This document shows, piece after piece, positions 8,601 to 18,379 of a stretch of 64,000 nucleotides of DNA. Made by a program: the position numbers and the translations under genes. The stretch spans positions 34,161 through 98,160 of the forward strand of contig JAPSGR010000002.1 in the NCBI GenBank assembly GCA_031177355.1, in the 5' to 3' direction. Every line of letters starts with the position of its first letter. The first letter of the stretch is position 1. The notes beneath the pieces were generated by a model that was not told the DNA's origin, searched no databases, and saw only the letters and a list, made by a program, of their open reading frames with translations. Source of the stretch: Candidatus Nitrosocosmicus sp. GTDB taxonomy: Archaea; Thermoproteota; Nitrososphaeria; Nitrososphaerales; Nitrososphaeraceae.

Positions 8601-10052
8601 TTATGAACGCCCCAATAGGGAAGCAAGCTTAGGCATATGAACATCAACTTGCTCCCTAACAAGCAGGTTATAATAATTCACCAGAATATCCACCATAAGA
8701 AGCAACCCAATTCCTGTCCCAAATACGCTAAATAAATCAGAGACCGAAGCTAACAGCCCTATTATTACTCCTCCGATTATAGTAACAGATGGAATATACC
8801 GATTCAGCAAAGATTGAACAGAGCTTTCCGACCGTCTGAATCCAGGAACCTGAACATCTGCGTCTAAGAGATTCTTAGCTGCTGCTTTTGCCGATAAACC
8901 CCCCAACTCTACCCACAATCGGCCGAAAATGGTCACTATTGTAGTAAGAAATAGAACATAAACAAGCGCTCTCACTGGATCGGCTATCGTTGCCTCATAT
9001 GATCGAGGTGCAGTAACGTAATAAAATAAACCACCAGTTGGATTCTGTGTTTCCGCATCATACTGTGCAATTAGATTAAAGGCGGGATTATCATTATTTG
9101 GGTTGTAGTTAATCCAGACCATTTGTCCAATAAAAAGCGCGTTAGCCATTAGCGCAGACGCCAATATCACCGGGATGTTAGAGGTGTACAGTAATTTAAT
9201 AGGATATGTAGCAGTAAACCCCCTATACCTTGTAGACACGATAGGAATGTCAATGTGTATACCCTGTACATATACCAGTAAGGCTAGTATACCTGCAGTG
9301 ATTCCTAACGCAAATAGACTTGGCATATTTGGTACAGGTGCTGGCGGAGCTGATCTCAGTACAGAATCGCCTATATGCCCTTCCATTCCACTAGTAATCA
9401 TAAAAGGGATTAAGCCGCTGAGTTCTTCCCCATTAGGAATAGGAAGGGGATTGAATAAACTCCACAAAATAGCCTGGGCTACTCCGGCCATAATGAATAC
9501 ACTAATTCCTGAACCCAACCCCCAACCCTTTTGAACTAATTCATCCAGATACATTATGACAATACACGCCGCCGTTAGCTGCGCTATGAGCACGGTCAAG
9601 TGATAGCCAGATGGAGTTGCCCCTCCATAGACACTTATACCATATAGTAAGGTCTCAGCGACTATTACTATTATTGTCACTATTTTTGTTGCAGAGGTAA
9701 AAAGCGATCTATCATTAGGATCTCTGAAATTGAGCTTTAAAATGTCAGATCCTTTTAATAACTGCATCAACAATCCGGCCGTAACTATGGGACCAATGCC
9801 CAATTCTAATAAGGTTCGCTGTTGAGCTGCGAATATAACCCTAGCAAATGCTAATGGATCCGTTGCAGGGTCCACATTAACTCCAAATAAGGGTACTTGC
9901 CCCATAACAAGATAAACTAATAAAGCAATACCAGTCCAAATTAGTTTGTTTGTAAGAGTAATTTTCTTCTTCGGTTTTTCAACTTGTGGAATAAAAGGAG
10001 AAATAGTCTTTACGACTGTTCTAAAGAGTCCCTCATTCTGAATTGAGCTCAT
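8601..10052 (-). CDS. secY: Preprotein translocase subunit SecY
   Basis: Multi-TM protein with LELGIGPIVTA, GxGSGISxFI, YTSNIPVI, QVPGFR and GTGxLL motifs. Confidence 0.97.
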   Translation of the reverse strand: MSSIQNEGLFRTVVKTISPFIPQVEKPKKKITLTNKLIWTGIALLVYLVMGQVPLFGVNVDPATDPLAFARVIFAAQQRTLLELGIGPIVTAGLLMQLLKGSDILKLNFRDPNDRSLFTSATKIVTIIVIVAETLLYGISVYGGATPSGYHLTVLIAQLTAACIVIMYLDELVQKGWGLGSGISVFIMAGVAQAILWSLFNPLPIPNGEELSGLIPFMITSGMEGHIGDSVLRSAPPAPVPNMPSLFALGITAGILALLVYVQGIHIDIPIVSTRYRGFTATYPIKLLYTSNIPVILASALMANALFIGQMVWINYNPNNDNPAFNLIAQYDAETQNPTGGLFYYVTAPRSYEATIADPVRALVYVLFLTTIVTIFGRLWVELGGLSAKAAAKNLLDADVQVPGFRRSESSVQSLLNRYIPSVTIIGGVIIGLLASVSDLFSVFGTGIGLLLMVDILVNYYNLLVREQVDVHMPKLASLLGRS

Positions 10053-10470
10053 CTGTTACTAACACCTCTCCACCGGCAGCTATGATTTTATTTTTGGCCG
10101 AATCAGAAATTTTTCCGACCTTAACTGTAAAAGCAGAATTGATCATACCTGTGCCTAAGACCTTGCCTATACCTAGTTTATCTAAATCCAAAATCACCTT
10201 TCCATTTTTATCGGTTTCAGAAAACCTAACTAAATCATTTAAATCCTTAATATTTACCCATTTTTGAACATCATTAGCTCTAAGAGCATGAAATTGTTCA
10301 TGTCCAAAATGATTAGGTTCTTCTTTAATAGTCCTAATAAAGAAGTGTTTATGCTTTCCAGCTCCACCAACACCACCACGGCTTCCTGAGGCTCTATGTT
10401 GACCAATTTGACCCCATCCACAATATCGACTTCCGCGCTGTTTTCTACTTTTTCTCAATCGAGTAGCCAT
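10033..10470 (-). CDS. rpl15: 50S ribosomal protein uL15
   Basis: RKQRGSRYCGWG, GSRGGVGGAG, KVLGTG and KIxAAGG motifs. Confidence 0.95.
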   Translation of the reverse strand: MATRLRKSRKQRGSRYCGWGQIGQHRASGSRGGVGGAGKHKHFFIRTIKEEPNHFGHEQFHALRANDVQKWVNIKDLNDLVRFSETDKNGKVILDLDKLGIGKVLGTGMINSAFTVKVGKISDSAKNKIIAAGGEVLVTDELNSE

Positions 10471-10572
10471 CCATTATCACCATTTATTCCTATAGGGGAT
10501 ATGCAACATAAGGTGTAAATATTAAAGTTTGCAATTGGTCGTCAAACAACAGAATAATATCTCCGAACATAA

Positions 10573-11043
10573 TTACATCATCCTTTTTACTAATTCTAAA
10601 AGATCATGGTTTTCACCTAGGATTCCGTTTTGCGAATAAAGTAATTTCGTCTTCTTTTTGAATCCACCTCTAGGGGGATTTAATGCAAACCAAGGCTTTA
10701 ATCCAGATATCTTGGATAAAAACGAATCATTTTTTGCGATGTTAGCAATCATATTTTCTAGATCAGGAGTACTATTCGTGTCCAGTTCCGATTCACCTTC
10801 AGAAGACAATAGCTTTGATGAGGAAAAGCGCCCTTTTTTTTCTATGAACTCTCGGATAAAACTTTCCTCAACGGATGTCCATGCAACTATTTCCTTTATT
10901 TTTTGTAGCATTCCAAGAGTTTGTTCATTTTCAGGAATCAATGTTGCTCTAAACTTCTTTTGTAAATGCAAATTATCCAAAGTAGTTTTAGCCCATTTTG
11001 GAATATTAACTGTTCCTTTCATTCGTACGACTAGATAAACCAT
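10573..11043 (-). CDS. rpl30: 50S ribosomal protein uL30
   Basis: VVRMKG, TLxxLxL, GMLQKIK and FALNPPRGGFK motifs. Confidence 0.93.
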   Translation of the reverse strand: MVYLVVRMKGTVNIPKWAKTTLDNLHLQKKFRATLIPENEQTLGMLQKIKEIVAWTSVEESFIREFIEKKGRFSSSKLLSSEGESELDTNSTPDLENMIANIAKNDSFLSKISGLKPWFALNPPRGGFKKKTKLLYSQNGILGENHDLLELVKRMM

Positions 11044-11050
11044 TTCTAAT

Positions 11051-11680
11051 CTATCCTGTTACGAATGTACTCCGCAATGCGTTAAATATTGCTTTGGCAG
11101 TTGATGACATTGTGTTAGTTGATCCAAAAGATCTACTCCAGCAGTCTTTCAAACCAGCTAATTTTAACAAGTTTCTGATATTTTCACCGGCTACTATTCC
11201 TAATCCTCTTGGTCCTGGAATCAATTCTATAGTAACGCTGCCTCCCCTCCCTTGTACTTTAAATGGTACCGAGTGGGCCTGGTGACATCTGCATTCCCAA
11301 CTACCACAACCAAGTTTTACTGGGATGACATTAAGATACGATGCATTAGTGGCCTTGTCAATTGCATTTCTCATTTGAGACGCCTTACCCTTACCTATCC
11401 CAAACCAACCGGACTCGTTTCCTATAGCAACTAGTGCGTTAAAACGGGTCAATTCACCAGCATCAGTTTGTTTTTGTACTATTTCAACGCTTACTACCTG
11501 GGTTTTTATATCGGGTAATAGGTGCTTAACAATCTCTGATTCTTGGATCCTCATACCATTCTCAAATATTTGTTCCATAGAATTTATTTTCCCACTTGCT
11601 ACCATTATACCCAAGGTAGTTCTAGGCTTCCATTCTACCTCAGCCTCGTTAGGTCGAGCCATTCTACTCATTTTCAACAC
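11051..11680 (-). CDS. rps5: 30S ribosomal protein uS5
   Basis: WKPRTTLG, QKQTDAGE, GCGSWEC..HSVP and PGPRGLGIVA motifs. Confidence 0.96.
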   Translation of the reverse strand: MLKMSRMARPNEAEVEWKPRTTLGIMVASGKINSMEQIFENGMRIQESEIVKHLLPDIKTQVVSVEIVQKQTDAGELTRFNALVAIGNESGWFGIGKGKASQMRNAIDKATNASYLNVIPVKLGCGSWECRCHQAHSVPFKVQGRGGSVTIELIPGPRGLGIVAGENIRNLLKLAGLKDCWSRSFGSTNTMSSTAKAIFNALRSTFVTG

Positions 11681-11809
11681 CTACTACTTGGACAATTATA
11701 CTTTTAAAGGTCAAAGCTTTCATTCCTAATTCATCATAACCTTATAGAAATCAATATTTTTTTTGTTTATTATTCTTTCGGTAATAATAGATGTTGTCAA
11801 CATTCCACC

Positions 11810-12382
11810 TCAGTTAAAATTGCTATTAGATACTTGAACCTTTGTCTCTTCGAAATGCTTTGAATAATCCTCTGGATTTATGTTATTACTAATTAGTCTT
11901 GAAAATTGCTTTTGATAATGAACTTTATCTTCTCTTAAGCTTGTTGCATATTGAGATATATGCGTTCCCTTAATACGATCATCGCTTGGCAATGATTCCT
12001 CTGAAAGTGGTATGGTGATTCCTGCAGCGGCAATTCCTTTTAAACAAGATGCGACTTTGCTTGTAAAAGAAGCCTTTCCAACATACAATATTGCAGAATC
12101 AATTTTTTTGGAGAGCATTTTTTTGCCAAGAATAAAACCAACCAAAAAACAAGCGGACAAGTTGTTTAGTGACCCTTTCCAACCATATTTTGCAAGCTCT
12201 TTGCTACTGGCATATGCTAAAACGAGATCTCCTTTCATTGCAGGCTGTATAAGTTGACAATGAATATTTTGATTACTTACCCTTATAGTTACAAAGTTTC
12301 GCTTACTAATTAATATGGCCTTTCTTTTTCTATAATTAGTTTTATTATTTCTTATTCTTTTAAGAGTTTTAATATAAGACAT
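11810..12382 (-). CDS. rpl18: 50S ribosomal protein uL18
   Basis: KTNYRKR, RVSNQNI and S.EL.KYGW motifs; position upstream of rps5. Confidence 0.93.
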   Translation of the reverse strand: MSYIKTLKRIRNNKTNYRKRKAILISKRNFVTIRVSNQNIHCQLIQPAMKGDLVLAYASSKELAKYGWKGSLNNLSACFLVGFILGKKMLSKKIDSAILYVGKASFTSKVASCLKGIAAAGITIPLSEESLPSDDRIKGTHISQYATSLREDKVHYQKQFSRLISNNINPEDYSKHFEETKVQVSNSNFN

Positions 12383-12538
12383 ACATTATTTCTTCTCCTT
12401 TATTCTAACAATCAAAAAAACTCTCTTACATCTCTTATAAACGTTTTAATAATTTTATAGTCTGGTATGACCTTTCTTGATTACATCAAGGTAAAGGTAA
12501 TAAAAAATCAGTTGTATTTCTTAGTTTATTTGTCCAGG

Positions 12539-13309
12539 CTATTTGTTGGCGATCATGCTTGCAAAGATCCCTCCGCCGATGCCATTATCGATATTTACAA
12601 TCGAGAGGCCAAATGAACATGTCTGTAGCATCGAGGCAAGAGCCCCTACTCCATTACCTCCGAACCCATATCCAATTGATGTTGGAACACCTATCACGGG
12701 GACGTTAACAAGTGATGTTACAACGACCGGAAGGGCTCCTTCCATTCCAGCTATTGCCACTATAGCATCCACCTTTTCTAGGGTCATCTCCTTTAATGGT
12801 CCAATTAACCTGTGAATGCCTGCAATTCCGACATCATAGGAAACATATGATGAGCATCCCATAACTCGAGTTGCCAACCTCGCTTCCTCTGCTATTCCTA
12901 TATCGGAAGTGCCAGCACAGATTATCCCTACTTTACCTTCTCTGATTCGTGGTAATGAGGATTCATCTTTGTAAATAAGAAGAGAAGTACTATTACGACC
13001 GTTATCAACTATATACCCCATCTTGTCAAAGTAATCACCAAGCTTCTTAATGAAAGAGGGATTAATTTTACTCACTAAAACATACCCCTTCTTTTGAAGG
13101 ATCCTATTTACGATCAATAGTAAATCGCGGGGTTTTTTGTGAGTAGCAAGCACAATTTCTGGAACAAGTTTTCTATGAGATCTATTAACATCAAGTTGTG
13201 CTACCTGGTTTTCAATGTGTTCTATGGAGAAAAGGGAGAGACTATCAATCACCTCATCTAGGCTTTTCTTATTGTTCCTATAATCAAGTAAAATATCTTT
13301 TAAATCCAT
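12539..13309 (-). CDS. larB: Nickel-pincer cofactor biosynthesis carboxylase/hydrolase LarB
   Basis: PurE-like fold: AGTSDI.IAEEA, DVGIAGIHRL, AGMEGALP, PTSIGYG, LASMLQTC and VNIDNG.GG; N-terminal D..R..R...PE motif. Confidence 0.92.
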   Translation of the reverse strand: MDLKDILLDYRNNKKSLDEVIDSLSLFSIEHIENQVAQLDVNRSHRKLVPEIVLATHKKPRDLLLIVNRILQKKGYVLVSKINPSFIKKLGDYFDKMGYIVDNGRNSTSLLIYKDESSLPRIREGKVGIICAGTSDIGIAEEARLATRVMGCSSYVSYDVGIAGIHRLIGPLKEMTLEKVDAIVAIAGMEGALPVVVTSLVNVPVIGVPTSIGYGFGGNGVGALASMLQTCSFGLSIVNIDNGIGGGIFASMIANK

Positions 13310-13326
13310 AGAACATGCTATTACAT

Positions 13327-14244
13327 TTATAGGGGCAACACGGATATCGCTTCTCTTACATTCTGAACACCGCTCTCAAATTCCTTACGTTCAAAATCGT
13401 TTAATGGAAGTTCAATAATTTTTTCAATACCATTTCTACCAACTACTGCTGGTACACCTATACAAACATCTTTTATGCCGTATTCTCCATCTAGACAGGC
13501 TGATAAAGGTATCACACTTTTTTTGTCTTTGACTATGGCTTCAGCCATAATTGAAACGGCGTTACCCGGTGCATAAACTGTAGCTCCCTTTAGTTTTATA
13601 ACTTCAGCAGCCACCTGTTTAGTCTTTTCATAAATTTCATTCGATTGACTTTCATTTATAAAATTAGTCAAAGGTATCCCTGATATTGATGAGAAACGGA
13701 TCAAGGGTAACATTTTTTCCCCATGTTCGCTGATAACCATAGCAGAAATGGAATCTCGAGAGAGTTTCGTATAATCATGAATGAAGCTAGTAAATCTCGA
13801 GAGATCCAGCATACCACCCATACCCATTACATTGTTGCGGGGAAAATTAGTAATTCTTAAGGCTAGATAGGTCATAGGATCTAGAGGATTCGTTACTACA
13901 ATCAATTTGGAATTTTTATTGTAGTGTACAATTTTTGAAGCAACATCCTTGACAATTGTGGCATTTGTCTTCAACAAATCCATTCGAGTCATGCCGGGTT
14001 TTCTTCCAACTCCGGCAACTAGAATAACAATGTCCGAATCCTTGACAACACTAAAGTCGTTGGTTCCAACCAAATAACTATCTAGACCTTGGACAGAAAG
14101 TTGATGATTAATGTCCATTGCTTCCCCTTGAGGCAAGCCTTCAATAATATCTATGAGATTTATGTTAGGATCCAGTTCCCTTAACCCACAATTAAGAGCT
14201 ATTGAAGCTCCAACTTTGCCAGAACCAATAATAGAAATTGTCAT
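13327..14244 (-). CDS. mdh: Malate dehydrogenase (LDH-like, archaeal)
   Basis: GSGKVG Rossmann motif, [10 protein letters not shown] substrate loop (MDH-type Arg), VTNPLD, SEHG and KGATVYAP. Confidence 0.95.
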   Translation of the reverse strand: MTISIIGSGKVGASIALNCGLRELDPNINLIDIIEGLPQGEAMDINHQLSVQGLDSYLVGTNDFSVVKDSDIVILVAGVGRKPGMTRMDLLKTNATIVKDVASKIVHYNKNSKLIVVTNPLDPMTYLALRITNFPRNNVMGMGGMLDLSRFTSFIHDYTKLSRDSISAMVISEHGEKMLPLIRFSSISGIPLTNFINESQSNEIYEKTKQVAAEVIKLKGATVYAPGNAVSIMAEAIVKDKKSVIPLSACLDGEYGIKDVCIGVPAVVGRNGIEKIIELPLNDFERKEFESGVQNVREAISVLPL

Positions 14245-14382
14245 ATACTTGTGAGATTATTTTTTTTATTTATAGTTTTAAAAATATCATTTAATATAAT
14301 AGTGAATCAAGGCCGATAAAGGAGATGACATCTATTTTTGCAATAATTCAATATAGAGGTCAGTATATTAACCTAATATACA
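14245..14382. promoter_or_regulatory. Divergent promoter region for mdh-larB and larC-larE-iscS
   Basis: 138-bp AT-rich gap between head-to-head genes, containing TATA-like runs (TTTATAG, TTTAATATAA). Confidence 0.5.
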
Positions 14383-15642
14383 GTGACTAAAATAGCAGTA
14401 GTTGATGCACAAGTCTGCGGAATTTCCGGAGACATGTTCTTGTGTGCTTTAGTCGATTGCGGAGCAGATAAGAACAAAATCATAAGAAAAATAAAACTGA
14501 TAGAGAAGCAATTTAATGGATCGACTATAAAGAGTCTTGATTTCATCACATCAGAGTCAAACGGGATAAAAGCAACTAAACTTATGATTGATCTAGAAGA
14601 AAAAATTGCAGAAAGAAAGGCACTTGAGATGCTACGGATTCTTGCAAGATGTTGCGAAATTGCGAAACTCAATGAAAGAGGAAAGTATTTCGTAATCGAG
14701 TCGATGAAAGCCATAATTAGGGTCGAGTCCATTATTCATAATAAAGACCCAAGGGATCTTCATTTGCATGAGTCAGCTAGCATAGACACAGGTATTGATT
14801 TGATTGGAACTGCAATAGCATTGGATGATTTAGATTTGCTTAATAATACTGTTTTTTATGTAACAAAAGTAGCAGTTGGTGGAGGATTTACTAAATTTTC
14901 TCATGGTATAGTACCAAATCCGACTAATGCTGTATTAGAGATGTTAAAAGATCTCAAAATACCTATTATAGGTGGACCAGTGAATTCCGAGGTTACTACA
15001 CCAACAGGTGTGGCAATACTATTTGGATTAAACGCTAAAAAAACTCTATTTTATCCGGATATTTCTGTAAACCAGATCGGGTACGGATCAGGATTAAAGA
15101 AATTTGATGGAGTTCCCAACTTGTTAAGAGTGTGTATAGGGACTCCAAATTATGATGTTAGTATTTCAAAAGATACCGTTTCAATCTTAGAAACAAACAT
15201 AGATGATACAACCGGCGAAATTTTGGGAAACCTAATGGAAAAATTATCTTCCTCGGATTTAGGCGTAAAAGATGTTACGATAACTAATGGATTGACGAAA
15301 AAAAATAGACCCGTTCACATCCTTAAGGTGATATGCTCTGAACAAACAGAAAAAAAAATTGTGAGCACTATATTTGAAGAAACTGGTACATTGGGTATTA
15401 GAAGAACAAATAATGAAAGGTATAGATTGAACAGATATAATATAATACTCCCAATCAATATTAATAACAAAAATTTCGTGATTAATGCAAAAGTATCTAA
15501 AGACGCTTTAGGAAATGTAGTTCGCGTAAAACCCGAATCTGAAAGCATAAAATACATTGCTCAGAAATCAAACAATAGTTACAGGAAAACTCTCGAGATC
15601 GTCAATAATTTAATATTTCAAAAAAAACTATATTCAAAGTAG
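14383..15642 (+). CDS. larC: Nickel insertion protein LarC (full length, unsplit)
   Basis: GISGDMFLCAL, HLHE...D..ID, HGIVP.P, TPTG, GYG.G, LETNIDD, TGTLGIR and KPE motifs. Confidence 0.92.
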   Translation: MTKIAVVDAQVCGISGDMFLCALVDCGADKNKIIRKIKLIEKQFNGSTIKSLDFITSESNGIKATKLMIDLEEKIAERKALEMLRILARCCEIAKLNERGKYFVIESMKAIIRVESIIHNKDPRDLHLHESASIDTGIDLIGTAIALDDLDLLNNTVFYVTKVAVGGGFTKFSHGIVPNPTNAVLEMLKDLKIPIIGGPVNSEVTTPTGVAILFGLNAKKTLFYPDISVNQIGYGSGLKKFDGVPNLLRVCIGTPNYDVSISKDTVSILETNIDDTTGEILGNLMEKLSSSDLGVKDVTITNGLTKKNRPVHILKVICSEQTEKKIVSTIFEETGTLGIRRTNNERYRLNRYNIILPININNKNFVINAKVSKDALGNVVRVKPESESIKYIAQKSNNSYRKTLEIVNNLIFQKKLYSK

Positions 15643-15651
15643 TGAACTTCT

Positions 15652-16518
15652 ATGCATTATAAGAATACTAAAGATATCTCTTTTTCAGCTAGTAAGAAGT
15701 TTAACAATTTGTTGACTTGGTTTAAATCCAAAAACTCAAAGGTCATTATTGCTTTGTCCGGTGGCGTCGACAGCGCCTTAGTAGCCCTGGCAGCAAGACA
15801 AGCTTTAGGAAGGAAGAATGTATTAACGGTAACAGCGAATTATAAAACCTTGGCAAATGAGGAACTGGAGGTAGCCAAAAAAATAGCTAAAGAGATTGAT
15901 GTGGACCATATTATGATAGAATATAATGAACTTGAAAATCAAAATTTTGTCAAAAATGATAATCTAAGGTGTTTTCATTGCAGAAATGAGCTGGCAGATA
16001 ATCTACTAAAAGTTGCCAAGGAAAAGAAATTTGACCTAATCGTAGACGGAAGCCAAATTGATGATTTAGATGACTACAGGCCAGGGTTGATTGCATTACG
16101 AGAAAAAGGAATCAGCAGTCCACTAATGGAAACTGGATTAAACAAGATAGAGATACGTTATTTGGCAAAAATTAACAATCTATCAGTTTATGATAAACCA
16201 TCTAATTCTTGTCTCGCATCAAGGATTCCACATGGATCAGAAGTCACAACGATTAAGTTAAAGAGAATTGAAAGCTGTGAGAGTTGGATTAAGCAAAACC
16301 TGAAATTGAGAAACATTAGAGTTAGGGATCATGGAGATTTAGCAAGGATTGAAGTTGAGAAAGATGAACTTGGTAAAGTACTAGATCCTGAATTAATTCC
16401 ACAATTAATTAATGTTATAAAGGGCCACGGTTTTAAGTTTGTTACACTGGATTTAGAAGGATATCGGAGTAACAAAAACGATCATCCAATTAATTATGAT
16501 ATCAAATTAAAAGTGTAA
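15652..16518 (+). CDS. larE: ATP-dependent sulfur transferase LarE (PP-loop; CxxC...C type)
   Basis: LSGGVDS PP-loop, RCFHCR, DDYRPG, KPSNSCLASRIP, RVRDHG and LDLEGYRS motifs. Confidence 0.93.
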   Translation: MHYKNTKDISFSASKKFNNLLTWFKSKNSKVIIALSGGVDSALVALAARQALGRKNVLTVTANYKTLANEELEVAKKIAKEIDVDHIMIEYNELENQNFVKNDNLRCFHCRNELADNLLKVAKEKKFDLIVDGSQIDDLDDYRPGLIALREKGISSPLMETGLNKIEIRYLAKINNLSVYDKPSNSCLASRIPHGSEVTTIKLKRIESCESWIKQNLKLRNIRVRDHGDLARIEVEKDELGKVLDPELIPQLINVIKGHGFKFVTLDLEGYRSNKNDHPINYDIKLKV

Positions 16519-16529
16519 ATCGGAATAAT

Positions 16530-17711
16530 ATGCACATGAAAAATAATTCTACTATATATTTAGATAACGCGGCCTCAACCCCGGTGGACTCAGAAGTCAT
16601 CCAAGCAATGATACCTTTTTTGGTAGATCACTTTGGTAATCCGTCATCTCTTCACAATATGGGAAGGAGAACAACCCTTGCTTTATCCAAATCTAGATCA
16701 CTTGTTTCTAAACTAATAGGCGCTAATCCCAACGAAATTTATTTTACTTCAGGCGGGACCGAATCTAACAATTTAGCTTTAATAGGATATTCTAAAGCAA
16801 TAAAAAAGATAAGGCCAGATTGTGATAGAATTTTGGTATCAGAGATAGAACATGAATCCGTATTAGAAGCTGTCAAATATATTGAAAAGGAATTAAAGTT
16901 TACTGTTGATTATATCCCTATTACCTCTGATGGTATCGTGGATATGAATGCCTATTCTAATTTATTGTCTCCTAAAACTAGTCTGGTTAGCGTAATGTTA
17001 GTAAATAACGAAATTGGTACAATACAACCTATACAACCAATGATTGAAATCATAAAAAAAAGAAGATATAATACCGTTTTTCATTCCGATGCAGTCCAAG
17101 CGCTGGGAAAAATTCCTATTGATGTAAAGCAGATCAAGCCAGATATGTTATCGATTTCATCTCACAAGATAAACGGGCCAAAGGGAATAGGTGCATTATT
17201 TGTTAGAAAAGGAATTTGTCTTGAACCCATTGTTTTTGGTGGAGGTCAGGAGCTGAACTTGAGATCCGGAACAGAGAATGTATATTCCATAGTGGGGTTT
17301 GGAAAAGCATGTGAGATCTGGAAAGACAAATTACAAATGTCACTTCCAGTCCTTCAAAAACTCCAGAATTACTTAATTAGCCGAGTCCTTAACGAAATAC
17401 CGGGCGCAAGTGTAAACGGCACTTTGCAAAAAAGGATTTTCAATAATGTAAATTTCTCGTTTAAGGGAGTTAACGGAGAAGATCTACTTACCAAGTTGGA
17501 CGAGTTTGGAATAGAGGCATCTACTGGATCCGCATGCTCCTCTAATAAGAAAAAGAAAGCATCTCATGTACTAAAATCATTAGGACTGTCATATGATCAA
17601 ATCAGTGGCTCAATAAGATTCTCAATAGGAAGTCAAAACACTATTGCAGAATTGGAAGTAGCAGTAGATATTTTGAAAAGAGTGGTAAACGAATTTAGAA
17701 ATATGAAATAG
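16530..17711 (+). CDS. iscS: Cysteine desulfurase (IscS/NifS type)
   Basis: YLDNAASTP, GNPSS, FTSGGTES, HSDAVQ, SSHKINGPKG (PLP Lys), RSGTEN and STGSAC (catalytic Cys). Confidence 0.95.
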   Translation: MHMKNNSTIYLDNAASTPVDSEVIQAMIPFLVDHFGNPSSLHNMGRRTTLALSKSRSLVSKLIGANPNEIYFTSGGTESNNLALIGYSKAIKKIRPDCDRILVSEIEHESVLEAVKYIEKELKFTVDYIPITSDGIVDMNAYSNLLSPKTSLVSVMLVNNEIGTIQPIQPMIEIIKKRRYNTVFHSDAVQALGKIPIDVKQIKPDMLSISSHKINGPKGIGALFVRKGICLEPIVFGGGQELNLRSGTENVYSIVGFGKACEIWKDKLQMSLPVLQKLQNYLISRVLNEIPGASVNGTLQKRIFNNVNFSFKGVNGEDLLTKLDEFGIEASTGSACSSNKKKKASHVLKSLGLSYDQISGSIRFSIGSQNTIAELEVAVDILKRVVNEFRNMK

Positions 17712-17806
17712 AAATTCTTCATCCATAATCATCAAAACTCATTGAATTAAATTACACTAATTTTCCTCGTTGCATAGAATAATTTATTACGTCGAAAACG
17801 TAGTTT

Positions 17807-18310
17807 ATGAATATGAGTAATATTACTAATGATAACAAAATTGAGGTTGGAGATAGAGCCCCTGATTTCGAGTTATTAGATACAGACCAAAAATTACATA
17901 AATTATCAGACAACAAAGATGGTATGACAATTTTGGCTTTCTTTCCTGCTGCTGGCTCACCTGTATGCACAGTCGAGATGTGCAACTTTAGAGATTCCCT
18001 CAATAGTCTTAAGAGCAAAAACGTGAATGTTCTGGGAATATCAGTTGATAGTCCATTTGCAAATAAAGTATTTGCAGAACATCATAAACTCAATTTTCCG
18101 ATACTAAGCGATTATGACAGACAAGTCATTGAAAAATACAATGTCGTAATGCCAAGTCTTGGCAAATTAAAAGATTACAAAGTGGCAAAGAGATCAGTAT
18201 TTGTTATAGATAAGAACTCTCAGGTGATATATAAATGGGTAACAGACAATCCATTAATTGAACCTAACTATAATGAAATCAGAAAAGTTACCAATACACT
18301 TACTGGATAA
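17807..18310 (+). CDS. Peroxiredoxin (BCP/PrxQ-like)
   Basis: GDRAPDF, FFPAAGSPVCTVEMC (PxxxTxxC-like, CxxxxC), GISVD, LSD and RSVFVID motifs. Confidence 0.88.
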   Translation: MNMSNITNDNKIEVGDRAPDFELLDTDQKLHKLSDNKDGMTILAFFPAAGSPVCTVEMCNFRDSLNSLKSKNVNVLGISVDSPFANKVFAEHHKLNFPILSDYDRQVIEKYNVVMPSLGKLKDYKVAKRSVFVIDKNSQVIYKWVTDNPLIEPNYNEIRKVTNTLTG

Positions 18311-18379
18311 TCACTCTTCCACTTTTATAGTCATTTCTGTCCTTTATACAATGAAAAATCGTAGAAATTTTTAAGATCA

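Noticed and set aside
12400-12510. Possible rpl19e remnant upstream of rpl18
   Set aside because: Translations in the minus-strand frames gave no recognisable eL19 motif.
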